Shown here: piece after piece, positions 8,211-18,986 of the stretch
Position numbering within the stretch: the first letter of the stretch is position 1
How the letters are laid out: each line of letters begins with the position of its first letter
Assembly: GCA_964597845.1 (NCBI GenBank)
Contig: CAZQZR010000001.1
Coordinates: forward strand, 6,722-70,721
Direction: 5' to 3'
DNA from: an uncultured bacterium
GTDB lineage: Bacteria > Hydrothermota > Tepidihabitantia > Tepidihabitantales > Tepidihabitantaceae
DNA: 64,000 bases
The notes under the pieces: model-generated
What the model was told of the DNA's origin: nothing
Seen by the model: only the letters and a program-made list of their open reading frames with translations
Databases searched by the model: none
Position numbers and translations under genes: made by a program

Positions 8211-10001
8211 TCAATACGCCAGCGCGTCCCGGTAATCTTTAATTTCGGGCTGCTTGAGCATTTCCTGCATCAGGTCCTGAGCGACCTGCTGCCGGCGCTG
8301 CTGGACATAGGCTGCCGGATCGAGCGTCGAAGTTGGCGTTCGCTCGTCGCAACGGACGATAAACGCGCCCCAGCTTGCCTCAACCACGCCGTACTCCTCC
8401 CCGGGGTTGAGTACGGCAGCCGTGCCGGCAAATTCCGGGCCTTTCTTGCGGCGGCAATCAAGCAACCCGTCGAACTCCTCGGTTTTAAGCTCGACGTCAG
8501 AGTCTCCCTTGGCGTACTCCTCGAGGCCCTTACCTGCTTTAATTGCAGCCAGCGCCTCTTCGGCCTTGGCCAGCCAGATACGTTTCTGTTTATCCTGCTG
8601 TACCTGCCAGGTCGCGGGCGTCTTGGCTTTGTCGAACTCCTGAATTCCGGCCGGCTTCGCTTCGACTAGCGCGAACACGTAGTAACCTTTGGCGCCCTGC
8701 TGCGGCTTGTCGAAAACTTGCCCGACCTTCGCTTTCTTCGCCCAATCGACGAGCTGCGTTGGGCTCTCAAGATTCAGGTAGTTGTAGTAGTCGTCCACGT
8801 TGGTGGCCATCGTGCGCGCCAGCGTTATCGGCAAGTTGAACTGGCTGGCGGCGCTGTCGAACGTCGTGGCCTCCGCCTTGTCCACGAAACTGCGCACCGA
8901 ATCTCTTGCCGTCGCTACCGCCTCGGTTCCCATTGTCACACGGACGAGTATCCGACGGTAGGCAACCGAGTCCTTGTTGGTGCTGTCGAGCAGGGCAATC
9001 TGCCAGCCGTACGCGGCCAGGAAAGGCGGACTGAACGCGCCGGGCTTGAGTCTGCTCACCACGCTGTCGGTCGGCTTGTCCAACTGGCTGCGCGGGACCA
9101 TGACCGACAGGGTTTCACCCTCAAGGTCGCTGTAGTCGAGCATGGCCAGGTTGAACGTCTCGCCCTTGAGGAGCTGGTCGTAGGCCCGATCGATTGTCTC
9201 TTTCGCCGCTACCGAGTCGTCTCGGGTCACGCCCAGCGGGAAGAAGACGTACCGGACCTGCCGGGTTTCCTTCGCACGGAAGTTTTCCTGGTGAGCGTCA
9301 TACCAGGCGCGCACCTCCGAATCGGACGGCTCAACCGGAGCTTTCCCCTTCCCCGGCCGGGGCCCGAAAAAAAGCGCCGTGACTTTCCACTTCGTATTGG
9401 CGGCGGCGAGCGCGTCGTCGGTTTCCGCCTTCGTCACCCGGTAGGCGTTGACGAGGTCGATCCGGAATTTCTCTTTGGGCAGCATGTCCAGGAGGTCCCG
9501 GTAGTACTTGCTGAAATACGCCCGGTTCTCGGGCGAGCTGATGACCTGAAGGTACTTCTGCTGGTCGAACTTGCCGTCGGTCATTAGTTCGGGTTTGTTG
9601 CGGAGTTCCTCGGGCGGGTTCGACTGGATGATTTCCATCACCTCGTCCTGCGTGACGCTGATGTTCTCTGCTTTCAGCACTTTGGCCCAAGTGATTTCGG
9701 AAAGCAGAAACTGCCACGCCTGCTGCTGGACGGTCTGATAGTCTTGACTGGACAAATCGCGCAAACGGTTGTCGCTCTTGTACTTGTCGGTGATGTAGCT
9801 GACGGCGGCTCGATACTCCTCCGGGGTTATGTTGTGTTTCCCGACTTGGCCGACGTAGCCGTGGGTATCCTGGGTTCGACCCCGGCTGCCCCGGGTTGCG
9901 AGCATTCGCCAGATCTCGCTCATCAGGAAGCCGGCGATGAATGCCGCGGCAACAATAAACATCACGACGCGGACGCGCTTGCGCATATCACTAAGCATCA
10001 T
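8211..10001 (-). CDS. PpiD/SurA-N-like membrane-anchored periplasmic chaperone
   Basis: ORF 8211..10037 (TTG) trimmed to ATG 10001. MMLSDMRKRVRVVMFIVAAAFIAGFLM (N-terminal TM anchor) is followed by a long soluble domain, as in PpiD-type chaperones. Confidence 0.5.
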   Translation of the reverse strand: MMLSDMRKRVRVVMFIVAAAFIAGFLMSEIWRMLATRGSRGRTQDTHGYVGQVGKHNITPEEYRAAVSYITDKYKSDNRLRDLSSQDYQTVQQQAWQFLLSEITWAKVLKAENISVTQDEVMEIIQSNPPEELRNKPELMTDGKFDQQKYLQVISSPENRAYFSKYYRDLLDMLPKEKFRIDLVNAYRVTKAETDDALAAANTKWKVTALFFGPRPGKGKAPVEPSDSEVRAWYDAHQENFRAKETRQVRYVFFPLGVTRDDSVAAKETIDRAYDQLLKGETFNLAMLDYSDLEGETLSVMVPRSQLDKPTDSVVSRLKPGAFSPPFLAAYGWQIALLDSTNKDSVAYRRILVRVTMGTEAVATARDSVRSFVDKAEATTFDSAASQFNLPITLARTMATNVDDYYNYLNLESPTQLVDWAKKAKVGQVFDKPQQGAKGYYVFALVEAKPAGIQEFDKAKTPATWQVQQDKQKRIWLAKAEEALAAIKAGKGLEEYAKGDSDVELKTEEFDGLLDCRRKKGPEFAGTAAVLNPGEEYGVVEASWGAFIVRCDERTPTSTLDPAAYVQQRRQQVAQDLMQEMLKQPEIKDYRDALAY

Positions 10002-10058
10002 AGGGGTGAATTCTATTGTCATTGTCCCGAAAGTCAACGATTGCCCGGCTGCACCTCC

Positions 10059-10086
10059 TTGACTTAGTTCCCTGCGGTCATATCAT
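10059..10086 (+). promoter_or_regulatory. sigma-70-type promoter; transcript would be (nearly) leaderless
   Basis: TTGACT, 16 nt, TATCAT; the -10 element ends 8 nt before GTG 10095. Confidence 0.5.
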
Positions 10087-10094
10087 CCTGCGAC

Positions 10095-11558
10095 GTGAAA
10101 TCCCGGTTAGGCGTCCGGCGCGGCGGCAGCGTGTGGCTGCTGTATGCCGGCGCTGCCCTGTACGTGCTCACTTTCCTGGTCCTCTACCCGCGGACTTTCG
10201 CTATCGTTGATGAAGACGCCTACTTGACCCAGACCTTCCTGTTTCGCGCGGGCCGGCTCGCCTATGACGGCTCGGGAATCCCGGCTCCGCACATGACGGT
10301 TGAGACCGCAGGTCGCGAGGTTAGTAAGTACCCGCCCGGTAACGCGCTCTTCCTGTTACCGTTCGCGCTTTTCGGCTGGCGGACGGTCTTCGTCTCCGGG
10401 CTCTTGCTCTCGCTGGCCGGGGTCGTGTTCTTCAGCTTGATACTCAAACGGCTCCTGCCTGAGGCCGATCCGGCGTGGTCGCTGCTGTATCTCTTCTACC
10501 CGGCGATAGTCCTTTTCTCCCGGACAATCATGAGCGACCTGCTCGCGGCAACGCTGGTGCTGACCGCGTTCTACTGCCTGCTTCGCCGTCGCGCTTGGCT
10601 GGTCGCTTCCGGGTTCATGCTCGGGCTCGCCTGCCTGGTGCGGTACTCCAACGCAGTGTTCGTACCTGTGTTTCTGGCTCTACTGGCACGGCCGGTGGGT
10701 GTCTGGCGGACGAAGACGGACAAGCACGGACGGACAGATACCGGACGCATGATGTTGTTATTCGTCGGTGGTTTCGCGCCTTTGGCCGGGCTGATACTCG
10801 CGTATAACGCCTATGCCTACGGCGCGCCTTTCTCGTTTCCCATGTACCTAACCGGCCACTTCTCCCCCGCCTATTTCTTTCACAACGGATGGTACTACGG
10901 AACCTGCCTGCTTATGCTCTATCCGCTGATGCTCGTTACGCCGCTGACCGCAGGCAAGGGCCTGCGGGTGCTGCTCGGCCTGCCCGCCGGAACGCTGCTT
11001 ATCCTCTACTGCTTCTTTTCTTACACTTACGACGTTCCGAACCTGCCGGAACGGCTGACCGTCGGCATACGCTATCTGCTGCCGGCGCTCCCTTTTTTCA
11101 TCCTCGCTTTCGTTGCGACCGCAGACCGCCTGACCCGACAACTCCGCGGTACCAACTGGTTGAAGTACGCGGCGCTGGCGATAATGGCATTGCTGAGCGT
11201 CGCCATCCAGTTACGCCATGACCGCTACCTCCTGGTGCAGGCAAAGTACCAGCAACTGCTCCGGGACAACGTACCCGACTCCGCCCTGCTCCTGTGCGAC
11301 AAGGATGTGTCGGAACTGATCAGTTACGCGTGGGGCTGGCGCGAGTATCGGCACATCTCGGAATTCAACGTCCCGAGCCAACTGGACTCGACGCTTGCCG
11401 GCAACCGACCGCTGTACGCGGCCCTGGTTGAGAAACCCGGTCATGAGAACATGGTAGAGGTAACGCTGTTTGAGACCCTGCTTGCACGTTTCCCGGACCG
11501 TGTCTCCGTCGTCGAGACACGGAACCCGTGGCGGTTCCGGCTCTACCGGCTCAGGTAG
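10095..11558 (+). CDS. GT-C-fold (ArnT/PMT-like) integral-membrane glycosyltransferase
   Basis: 487 aa with at least 10 hydrophobic segments and an acidic first-loop motif AIVDEDAYL. Low-complexity insert VWRTKTDKHGRTDTGR is encoded by the ACGGAC word repeat at 10705-10748. Confidence 0.5.
   Translation: MKSRLGVRRGGSVWLLYAGAALYVLTFLVLYPRTFAIVDEDAYLTQTFLFRAGRLAYDGSGIPAPHMTVETAGREVSKYPPGNALFLLPFALFGWRTVFVSGLLLSLAGVVFFSLILKRLLPEADPAWSLLYLFYPAIVLFSRTIMSDLLAATLVLTAFYCLLRRRAWLVASGFMLGLACLVRYSNAVFVPVFLALLARPVGVWRTKTDKHGRTDTGRMMLLFVGGFAPLAGLILAYNAYAYGAPFSFPMYLTGHFSPAYFFHNGWYYGTCLLMLYPLMLVTPLTAGKGLRVLLGLPAGTLLILYCFFSYTYDVPNLPERLTVGIRYLLPALPFFILAFVATADRLTRQLRGTNWLKYAALAIMALLSVAIQLRHDRYLLVQAKYQQLLRDNVPDSALLLCDKDVSELISYAWGWREYRHISEFNVPSQLDSTLAGNRPLYAALVEKPGHENMVEVTLFETLLARFPDRVSVVETRNPWRFRLYRLR
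10705..10748. repeat. ACGGAC-word low-complexity insert inside the glycosyltransferase CDS
   Basis: GGCGGACGAAGACGGACAAGCACGGACGGACAGATACCGGACGC; similar CCGGACGGAACGGACGCGGAGACAAGG lies at 53737-53763 in the kinase. Confidence 0.7.
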
Positions 11559-14256
11559 CGCGCGGTTTCTCTCTTTTGCTGCCGCCGTCCGCGGGTCGGC
11601 GGCGGCGCACCTTGACCTCGCGTAGGAATCCGAGCAGGTACAGCTTGCCAGCCAGCGAATACGTGCTGACGGTGATTTCGACCTCGACGGGCGAACTGTC
11701 ACGCCGAAGTCCCTGGAAACGGTAGCAGGTTGGCGCCGGTTCGCCCCGCGCCCTTGCTTTCGAGTATTCCGCGACGCGGTCGCGATCCTCGGGACCAACG
11801 AAGTCAGCAATCGGTCGCCCGGTGACTTGGTCCGAGTCGTCGTATCCGTAGAGCTCGGCGAACCGCCGGTTCGCGTAGACAAGCACGCCGTCGCATTCGG
11901 CGGCGATGCCGTCTGGTGAATTGGCGAGCAATGCCAGCATCTGCGTTGTTGCCTCCGCGGCCGCCCGAGCCAGTTCTTTGCGTCCGGAAATGTCGCGCAC
12001 CACTACCTGCACCGCCGGCTTTCCCTGCCAGTAGAAAGGCGCGTTGATGACTTCGACCGGCACATAGGACCCGTCCTTCCGCTGGAACCGTTCCTCGGTC
12101 ACCTCGCCCGGCCTGCCCAGCTGCAGCACCCGAGTGATCCGGGCGAGCACCGCCGGTTGGTCGTCGGGATGCACGAAGTCAAGCACGGGCCTGCCGACCA
12201 GTTCCTCGGGCCGCTCGTACCCGAGCACGCTGGCACCGGCAGGGTTGACAAGCACGAGCCTGCCGTCCTGGTGTACCGCGATTCCGTCCGGCGACATCTC
12301 GACCAGGCGGCGGAATCGCTCTTCCGACTCCTGCAGCCGCTTCTCGGCCGCTTTGCGTTCGGAGACGTCACGGAAAACCACCTGCACCCCCGGTTTTCCT
12401 TTCCACTCCTCGATCCGCGCGTTCGTCACTTCCAGCAGCACGTAAGCCCCGTCGCGCCGCCGGAAGCGCGCCTCGGCCGGATTGCCGGTCGGGCCGACCT
12501 CCGCGACTTGACGCATCCGGTTCAGTACCGCGGCCATCTCGTCCGGATGCAGGAACTCCCGTACCGGCATTCCGGTCACCTCGGCCGGGTCGTCGTACCC
12601 CAGGATCCGCGCCCCGGCCGGGTTCATCAGCACGACCTTGCCGTCCTGGTGCACCGCAATCCCGTCGGGCGAGCTCTCCAGCAACCCGCGGAACCGATCC
12701 TCGCTCTCGCCGAGCGCCCGTTGGGCCAGCGTCCGCTCGGTGATGTCCTCGACCGTGGCCAGCGTGTAGCGGGGCCGCCCGGTATCATCACTGACCGGGA
12801 AAACCGTGGTCCGGGCGATTACCTCGCCGCCGTCACGACGGATGTAGCGCTTCTCTGTCGCATAGTACTTCCGCTTTCCCGCGAACATCTCGGCCACCGC
12901 CGCGCGGTCTTGCTCCACGTTCTCCGGGTGAGTGATGTCGATGATGGCCAACTTCTTCAGCTCTTCCTCGGCGTAACCGAGCATCTCGCAGAACCGGCTG
13001 TTGGCCGTGGTGAACCGGAAGTTGGGGTCCGCGGTCACAATCCCGACGGCGCCGCTGTTCACAATCTGCCGGTAGCGTTCCTCGCTCTCACGCAACGCCC
13101 ACTGGGCTTTCGTGCGCTCGGTGATGTCCCGCACGATTGCCAGCACGGCTGTTCTGCCGTCCAGTTCCATCGTGGATGTGCTTGTTTCCACCGGAATCTG
13201 ACGGCCGCTCTTGTGGACATTGACGGCCTCGGCCCGGAATGTCCCGTCCCTTAGAGTCGCATCGGTCACGTGCGGCAGCCAGGCACGCGCATCGGCAGGA
13301 ACCAGGTCCGCCACGGTCATTTTCAGGAGCTCTCTCTTCGTATACCCGAGCATCTCGCAGGCGTTCCTGTTAACGTCGAGAATAAGTCCGCCCATGCTCT
13401 CAATAAACACCGCGTCGCCTGCCGACTCGAACACCAGCCGGTACTTTTGTTCCGACTCTCGCGTTGCCTGTTCGGCGCGGGTCCGCTCCGTGACGTCCCG
13501 CGTGACCGCGAGCACCCGCCGCTCACCCTTGACCGACACGACGGAAGCTACCAGGTCGGCCACGAATTGCGTCCCGTCTTTCCGGAGCATCTTGATGGTC
13601 TTTGTTACCGTTTTGCCCGCCGCTAGGTCGGCCATCGCTTCCGCGGCTTCCGCGCGGTGTTCGGGTGCGACAATGTCGGCCAGGTTCATCTGTTGGATCT
13701 CGTCGGCGGTGTAACCGTAGAGCCGCAGGCAGGTGGGATTTGCTTCGAGCACTCGCCCTTCGACGTCGGCGATTGCCAGCGCATCCAACGAGTGGTCGAA
13801 CAGCAGCCGATACTTATCCGCCGCCGTACGCACGGCCTGCTCGGCGCTCCAGAACGGGGTTACATCACGCGCCACGAAGACGACCCCGGCCGCGGCACCG
13901 GACTGGTCCCGGCCGGCGGTCGCGTACATGTACAGCGCAACTTCCCTCCCGGACTTGTCGGAGCACCGCATGCCGCCGGCAAAGTCGCTGCCGGAGAGTA
14001 TTGAGGGCAGGTCGACTCCGGAACCACCCGGCGCTGTCGTGCAGATGACTTCAAACGGACTGCCAAGGACTTCCTCGGCGGAATAGCCGAAGAGTTGCTC
14101 AGCTTCTTTGTTCCAATATACCAGCCGCCCGCGCTTGTCCGCGGCGAACACTACATCCCCGCGCTGGAACGTCATGTCGGCGACGAAGGGGAAAGGTTGG
14201 GTCAAGTTCTCGTTACTCACCTGAATCAGTCCGTCTGGCCGAAGCCCCGCGCGCAC
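11551..14256 (-). CDS. multi-PAS (about seven PAS/PAC modules) signalling protein without recognisable output domain
   Basis: 901 aa with six recurring inter-PAS linkers of the type RD(V/I)TER(T/K).A(E/Q).AL.ESEE(R/K)(Y/F)R. Start (GTG 14256) is uncertain; alternatives are 14220 and 14175. Confidence 0.7.
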   Translation of the reverse strand: MRAGLRPDGLIQVSNENLTQPFPFVADMTFQRGDVVFAADKRGRLVYWNKEAEQLFGYSAEEVLGSPFEVICTTAPGGSGVDLPSILSGSDFAGGMRCSDKSGREVALYMYATAGRDQSGAAAGVVFVARDVTPFWSAEQAVRTAADKYRLLFDHSLDALAIADVEGRVLEANPTCLRLYGYTADEIQQMNLADIVAPEHRAEAAEAMADLAAGKTVTKTIKMLRKDGTQFVADLVASVVSVKGERRVLAVTRDVTERTRAEQATRESEQKYRLVFESAGDAVFIESMGGLILDVNRNACEMLGYTKRELLKMTVADLVPADARAWLPHVTDATLRDGTFRAEAVNVHKSGRQIPVETSTSTMELDGRTAVLAIVRDITERTKAQWALRESEERYRQIVNSGAVGIVTADPNFRFTTANSRFCEMLGYAEEELKKLAIIDITHPENVEQDRAAVAEMFAGKRKYYATEKRYIRRDGGEVIARTTVFPVSDDTGRPRYTLATVEDITERTLAQRALGESEDRFRGLLESSPDGIAVHQDGKVVLMNPAGARILGYDDPAEVTGMPVREFLHPDEMAAVLNRMRQVAEVGPTGNPAEARFRRRDGAYVLLEVTNARIEEWKGKPGVQVVFRDVSERKAAEKRLQESEERFRRLVEMSPDGIAVHQDGRLVLVNPAGASVLGYERPEELVGRPVLDFVHPDDQPAVLARITRVLQLGRPGEVTEERFQRKDGSYVPVEVINAPFYWQGKPAVQVVVRDISGRKELARAAAEATTQMLALLANSPDGIAAECDGVLVYANRRFAELYGYDDSDQVTGRPIADFVGPEDRDRVAEYSKARARGEPAPTCYRFQGLRRDSSPVEVEITVSTYSLAGKLYLLGFLREVKVRRRRPADGGSKREKPRAT

Positions 14257-14310
14257 GCTGCGGCACGTTGAGTAAACGGCCCATCACCCGGAAGCCCGTC
14301 ATCAACCTGG

Positions 14311-14338
14311 ATTCTATGGTCTGGCCACACAGAGTCAA
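14311..14338 (-). promoter_or_regulatory. sigma-70-type promoter upstream of the multi-PAS gene
   Basis: Minus strand reads TTGACT (14338-14333), 16 nt, TAGAAT (14316-14311). Confidence 0.5.
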
Positions 14339-14522
14339 GCCGCGGCGGCGGCCCGACAAACGTCCGGATCACCGTCAGAAGAGACCTGCCGTTTCCGAGC
14401 CCGCATAGGCCCCTCCTCCCCAGCCACGCCTTAACCGCCAGCGGGCCCGCGGCCGGCTGCTGGTGCAGGCCCACCTTACCAGCTTCATACTCCCCGCGAC
14501 CTCTCGCGAACCGTGTATATAG

Positions 14523-14537
14523 GCAAGTTTCGTGCCA
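14523..14537 (-). promoter_or_regulatory. sigma-54 (-24/-12) promoter
   Basis: Minus strand reads TGGCACGAAACTTGC, an exact match to TGGCACG-N4-TTGC. It points toward the multi-PAS gene. Confidence 0.65.
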
Positions 14538-14666
14538 CGGCTGGCTTTCACTCTGCCGGTGCTTTTTCCCACAAGCGTACCACTTGGTCGTCTACCCTAG
14601 ACTGCGTGTGCGACGGCCTCGGTCGGTGCGGCATTGTGCGGCAGCGGTTGCCGTACGCGCCGGCGG

Positions 14667-15410
14667 TTATGTGCTCGGCCGACAGAGGTCCGAGACAACA
14701 ATCGGAACAACATCTGTAACTCTCGAAACGAGGAAGTCGGGGCGAAAAGACCGCAGGAACCAGGCCGGCCTGAACCCGTAGGTCACGGCGCACGTATCAA
14801 CCCTGGCCGCCTTTGCGGATTCAACGTCCTGCTCGGTATCCCCGACCATGATCGCCGCGCCGGGCTCTACGCACAGTTGTCCCAGCGCTATCAGTACCGG
14901 TTCCGGATGCGGTTTGTGCTGACGGCCTTCCTGCCAGCCGTGCACGTAGTCGAAGTAGCGAGCGAGTCCAAAGGCCTGAACCGTAAAGTCGGCCTGCGTC
15001 TGGTGCTTCGCTGTCACCAGCGCCAGCTTGACCCCCGTAGTCCTCAGGTAGCCAAGCACGTCTTCGACGCCCGGATATAACCTGGTGTGTTCGTTGAAGT
15101 GCTCAGCATAGTGGGCGCGATACGTGTCGACGAACCGGCCCGTAATTGCTTCGCCGGTCGGGTAGCCGAGTTCGCGCAGGATGACCTCAAGCGGTTTGCC
15201 CACCTGCACCAGAATGTCGTCTGCTTCAGGCGGCTCCCGGTCAGGGGCGACGCATTTTAGAGCATACCGAACTGAGGCAATGAGGTCCTGCGCCGAGTCA
15301 ATCAGGGTGCCGTCAAGGTCGAACAGGACGGCGGCGTAGCGGAGGACGGGGTCGGAAGATGAGGGTCGGGGCTGGCTACGCTTGCCGATAGTACTTGTCG
15401 AGGTAGGCAT
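14667..15410 (-). CDS. HAD-superfamily hydrolase (phosphoglycolate-phosphatase-like)
   Basis: Motif [11 protein letters not shown] and late motif [15 protein letters not shown] 15410 chosen (ORF track start is GTG 15419). Overlaps the 3' end of atpB. Confidence 0.7.
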   Translation of the reverse strand: MPTSTSTIGKRSQPRPSSSDPVLRYAAVLFDLDGTLIDSAQDLIASVRYALKCVAPDREPPEADDILVQVGKPLEVILRELGYPTGEAITGRFVDTYRAHYAEHFNEHTRLYPGVEDVLGYLRTTGVKLALVTAKHQTQADFTVQAFGLARYFDYVHGWQEGRQHKPHPEPVLIALGQLCVEPGAAIMVGDTEQDVESAKAARVDTCAVTYGFRPAWFLRSFRPDFLVSRVTDVVPIVVSDLCRPST

Positions 15411-16749
15411 CACGGACACGCTTTAGTTCGCTGCGCGGAAATACGGCAAGCAGCTTCCACCCGAGGTCCAGCGTCTGCTCAATGGTGCGGTTCTCGTGTT
15501 CGCCCTGGGATATGTACTGCTCCTCGAACTCCCGCGCGAATCGAAGGTACACTTTGTCCATGTCGGACAGCGCCGCATCCCCAAGGATGACCTCTAACTC
15601 TGCGGCTTCCTTGCCGCGCGCGTAGCAGGCATAAAGCTGATTGAAGAGATCCGCGTGATCCTCACGTGTCTTGTCCTTGCCTATTCCCTTATCCTTCAGG
15701 CGTGAGAGCGAAGGCAGCACGTCCACGGGCGGGTAGATCCTACGCCGGTGCATTGCGCGGGAGAGGATAATCTGGCCTTCGGTGATGTAGCCGGTCAGGT
15801 CCGGGATCGGGTGGGTCTTATCGTCTTCGGGCATCGTTAGCACCGGCATCGTTGTGATCGATCCTTTGCGGCCTTTGATTCTGCCGCAACGCTCATAAAG
15901 CGATGACAAGTCGGTATAGAGATAACCCGGGAACCCACGCCGTCCCGGTATTTCCTTGCGTGCTGCCGATACCTCGCGTAGTGCTTCACAATAGTTGGTC
16001 ATGTCGGTCAACACCACTAACACGTGCATCCCCAGTTCAAAAGCCAGATACTCGGCCGCAGTCAGGGCAACGCGTGGGGTGGCAATCCGTTCAATTGCCG
16101 GTTCATCCGCCAGGTTGAGGAACAGCACGGTTCGTTCTATTGCGCCCGACTGCGTGAAGTCGCGGATGAAAAACTCGGCCTCCTCAAACGTGATTCCCAT
16201 CGCCCCAAAAACGACCGCGAACGGCTCACTCGTGCCAAGCACCCGCGACTGCCGGACAATCTGCGCGGCCAGGCGGTTATGTGGCAGGCCCGAACCGGAG
16301 AATATCGGGAGCTTCTGCCCGCGCACGAGCGTGTTCAAGCCATCAATCGGAGAGATCCCAGTCTGGATAAACTCGTTTGGATACTCCCGCGCGTATGGGT
16401 TAATCGGTGCGCCGTTAACGTCGGTGCGTTTGTCCGGAATTATCGCCGGCCCGCCGTCGCGGGGTCGCCCCAGTCCGCCGAACACGCGCCCGAGTATCTC
16501 CGGCGAGAGGTCAATCGTGATGCCGCGGCCCATGAATCGCGCTTTGGTCGCGGGCACATCGATGCCGGTCGTGCCCTCGAACACCTGCACCAAGGCTCTG
16601 TCTTTCTCAACCTCAAGCACTTGCCCGCGCCGCACCTGGCCCGACGGCAGCGTAATCTGTACCAACTCTTGATATTTGACGCCGGCGACACCCTCAACCA
16701 GCATGAGCGGCCCGGCAATGGACGCAACGGTCCGATACTCTCTGATCAT
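15376..16749 (-). CDS. atpB: V/A-type ATP synthase subunit B
   Basis: 457 aa. [21 protein letters not shown]..., non-catalytic B-subunit layout. ATGA overlap with subunit A. Confidence 0.92.
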   Translation of the reverse strand: MIREYRTVASIAGPLMLVEGVAGVKYQELVQITLPSGQVRRGQVLEVEKDRALVQVFEGTTGIDVPATKARFMGRGITIDLSPEILGRVFGGLGRPRDGGPAIIPDKRTDVNGAPINPYAREYPNEFIQTGISPIDGLNTLVRGQKLPIFSGSGLPHNRLAAQIVRQSRVLGTSEPFAVVFGAMGITFEEAEFFIRDFTQSGAIERTVLFLNLADEPAIERIATPRVALTAAEYLAFELGMHVLVVLTDMTNYCEALREVSAARKEIPGRRGFPGYLYTDLSSLYERCGRIKGRKGSITTMPVLTMPEDDKTHPIPDLTGYITEGQIILSRAMHRRRIYPPVDVLPSLSRLKDKGIGKDKTREDHADLFNQLYACYARGKEAAELEVILGDAALSDMDKVYLRFAREFEEQYISQGEHENRTIEQTLDLGWKLLAVFPRSELKRVRDAYLDKYYRQA

Positions 16750-18524
16750 GCCGCCTCCAGCGCAGCAATCTCGCGTTCCATCTCGGTGCGCGTCTGAACA
16801 ATGGCTGCCGGCGCGTCGGCCTCGGCCAGGTACTTCATGCGCGCAATCCGGTCGCGTACTGCGGTTTTCTCGATCGCCTCCATGTCCACCCCCCGCCCCA
16901 ATGCTGCCTTACCGAGGCTGTGGAAGAGAAGAATCGCGCTAAGCATGGCGGCTTGCTTGCGAAGGGACGTGTACGTATCTACTTCGTGGAACGCGTTCTG
17001 ATGCAGGAAATCCTCGCGGATCGACCGCGCGACCTCAAGCACGAGCCGGTCCTGCGGTGAGAGCGTATCCTTCCCCACCAGCCGCACAATCTCCTCCAAC
17101 TCCGCCTCCTTCTCCAGTAGCTGCATGGCCGCAGCCGCGTCTTTCACGAACTCCGGCCCGGCGAGTTTCTCGAAGGCCTCACGCAGAACGTCGGCGTACA
17201 ACGAATAGGAGTTCAGCCACGATATCGCCGGAAAGTGACGCTGAAACGCGAGTCTGTCCTCCAATGACCAGAAAACCTTGACTACGCGCAGCGTCGCCTG
17301 CACCACCGGGTCGTTCAGGTCGCCACCTGGCGGCGAAACCGCTCCGACCACCGACAGTGCGCCCTCCTGCTCCTGACCGTCTGGCGTCCGCCCCAGGCAC
17401 ACAACCCTTCCGGCGCGCTCGTAGAATTCGGCTACGCGGGTCGCCAAGTACGCCGGGTAACCTTCCTCGCCCGGCATTTCCTCCAGGCGGCCGGAGATCT
17501 CGCGCATTGCCTCGGCCCAGCGTGAAGTCGAATCGGCCTGCAGCGCCACCGAGTAGCCCATGTCGCGGTAGTACTCGGCCAGGGTAATGCCGGTGTAGAT
17601 TGAGGCCTCGCGCGCTGCTACCGGCATGTTCGATGTATTGGCGATCAGCACGGTGCGTTTCATTAACGGTTCGCCGGACTTCGGGTCTACAAGGTGCGGG
17701 AATTCCATGAGCACATCGGTCATCTCGTTGCCGCGCTCCCCACACCCGACGAAGATGATGATTTCCGCGTCCGACCACTTCGCGAACTGGTGTTGGATAA
17801 CCGTCTTGCCGGACCCAAACGGCCCCGGCACGGCCGCAGTCCCGCCCTTGGCAATCGGGAAGAACGTATCAACCACACGCTGGCCGGTGACGAGTGGAGT
17901 CTCCGGCTGCAACTTCCGCCGGTAGGGCCGTGCCTTGCGCACCGGCCAACGTTGCACCATGGTCAACTGCCTCTCGCCCTCTCCGGTTCGCACGACCGCG
18001 ACCACTTCGTCGACCTTAAACTCACCCGGACCAATGCGCACAACCTCGCCGGAAACATCCGGTGGCACCATCACCCGGTGCTTCACGAGAACCGTCTCTT
18101 GTACCTCCCCAAGCACGTCGCCCGGTTCCACCATGTCTCCTGGTTGCCGCAGCGGCACGAACCCCCACCGCCGCTCACGGTCCAGCGGCGGCGCCTCAAC
18201 GCCGCGGCTGATGAAGTCGCCGACCTGCCGTTGGATAACATCCAGGGGACGTTGAATGCCGTCGTAGATGGACTCGATCAAGCCGGGCCCGAGCTCGACC
18301 GACAAGGGTTCGAAAGTAGGGAACACGGGCTCCCCGGGGCCTACCCCACCGGTTTCCTCGTACACCTGGATTGACGCCTGCCCGCCCTCCAGTTCGATAA
18401 TCTCGCCAATGAGCCGTTTCTTGCTTACCTTGACGACATCGTACATCCTCGCGCCGGACATGCCGTCGGCAACAACCAGTGGTCCTGAAACCTTGACAAT
18501 CGTGCCGACTTTACTCTCCGTCAT
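16746..18524 (-). CDS. atpA: V/A-type ATP synthase catalytic subunit A
   Basis: 592 aa. Walker [10 protein letters not shown] and signature [19 protein letters not shown]. Confidence 0.95.
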   Translation of the reverse strand: MTESKVGTIVKVSGPLVVADGMSGARMYDVVKVSKKRLIGEIIELEGGQASIQVYEETGGVGPGEPVFPTFEPLSVELGPGLIESIYDGIQRPLDVIQRQVGDFISRGVEAPPLDRERRWGFVPLRQPGDMVEPGDVLGEVQETVLVKHRVMVPPDVSGEVVRIGPGEFKVDEVVAVVRTGEGERQLTMVQRWPVRKARPYRRKLQPETPLVTGQRVVDTFFPIAKGGTAAVPGPFGSGKTVIQHQFAKWSDAEIIIFVGCGERGNEMTDVLMEFPHLVDPKSGEPLMKRTVLIANTSNMPVAAREASIYTGITLAEYYRDMGYSVALQADSTSRWAEAMREISGRLEEMPGEEGYPAYLATRVAEFYERAGRVVCLGRTPDGQEQEGALSVVGAVSPPGGDLNDPVVQATLRVVKVFWSLEDRLAFQRHFPAISWLNSYSLYADVLREAFEKLAGPEFVKDAAAAMQLLEKEAELEEIVRLVGKDTLSPQDRLVLEVARSIREDFLHQNAFHEVDTYTSLRKQAAMLSAILLFHSLGKAALGRGVDMEAIEKTAVRDRIARMKYLAEADAPAAIVQTRTEMEREIAALEAA

Positions 18525-18626
18525 CGCTCGACTCCTTCGGCGCCGTACGACGCCCTTGGCTCATCAGACAAACCGCTGACCAACGCCCGTGTCGACGAAG
18601 CAGTTGGTCGCGGCTCGTGGAAGCCG

Positions 18627-18986
18627 TCATTCCGCCGGCCCCTGACCGAACACATCCGCACCGACAGATCGTTTAACCAGTTCGCTGAGCCGGGTAAGCC
18701 CGTGCCGCTCCGCACCCATCGGCAACATCACCAGGCAGGGCGTTGCGGTACGGCTGTACCGACCGAGTACTCCGGTCAAGTACGGGTACAAGTCCTCGGT
18801 GTAGAACAAGACCGTCAACCCGGAACCGGCAAGCTCCTCGACCCTGGCGGCCGCCTCCGGCCCGGGCTCCACGGGGTACACCGCGAGCCCGGCAGCCCGG
18901 AACGGCGACACTACCTCGGCCCTTCCAACAACCCCGACCTGCGTCCCGGGACCCCCGCCTTTGGCCACCGGAGAATCACTCGACAT
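18627..18986 (-). CDS. atpF: V/A-type ATP synthase subunit F
   Basis: 119 aa lying between subunits C and A. VGVVGRAEVVSPFRAAGL...VLFYTEDLY pattern of V-type F subunits. Confidence 0.7.
   Translation of the reverse strand: MSSDSPVAKGGGPGTQVGVVGRAEVVSPFRAAGLAVYPVEPGPEAAARVEELAGSGLTVLFYTEDLYPYLTGVLGRYSRTATPCLVMLPMGAERHGLTRLSELVKRSVGADVFGQGPAE

Noticed and set aside
12157-13254. Long antisense ORFs: 12157..13254, 355..1602, 15995..16797, 17694..18374, 20690..21475, 23338..24147, 43492..44496, 46886..47971 and 58876..60057
   Set aside because: Each lies opposite a gene with clear family motifs (PAS protein, beta-propeller, atpB/atpA, dnaA, hypF, phosphoesterase, TrmB, thrC). Their translations are low-complexity and Arg/Pro/Gly-rich, so they are high-GC frame artefacts.
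14226-14572. Small ORFs in the leader of the PAS gene (14226..14474, 14375..14572, and a 37-aa MKLVRW... ORF)
   Set aside because: They are Arg/Gly-rich with no proper SD spacing, and they overlap promoter elements. The region is more likely an untranslated leader.
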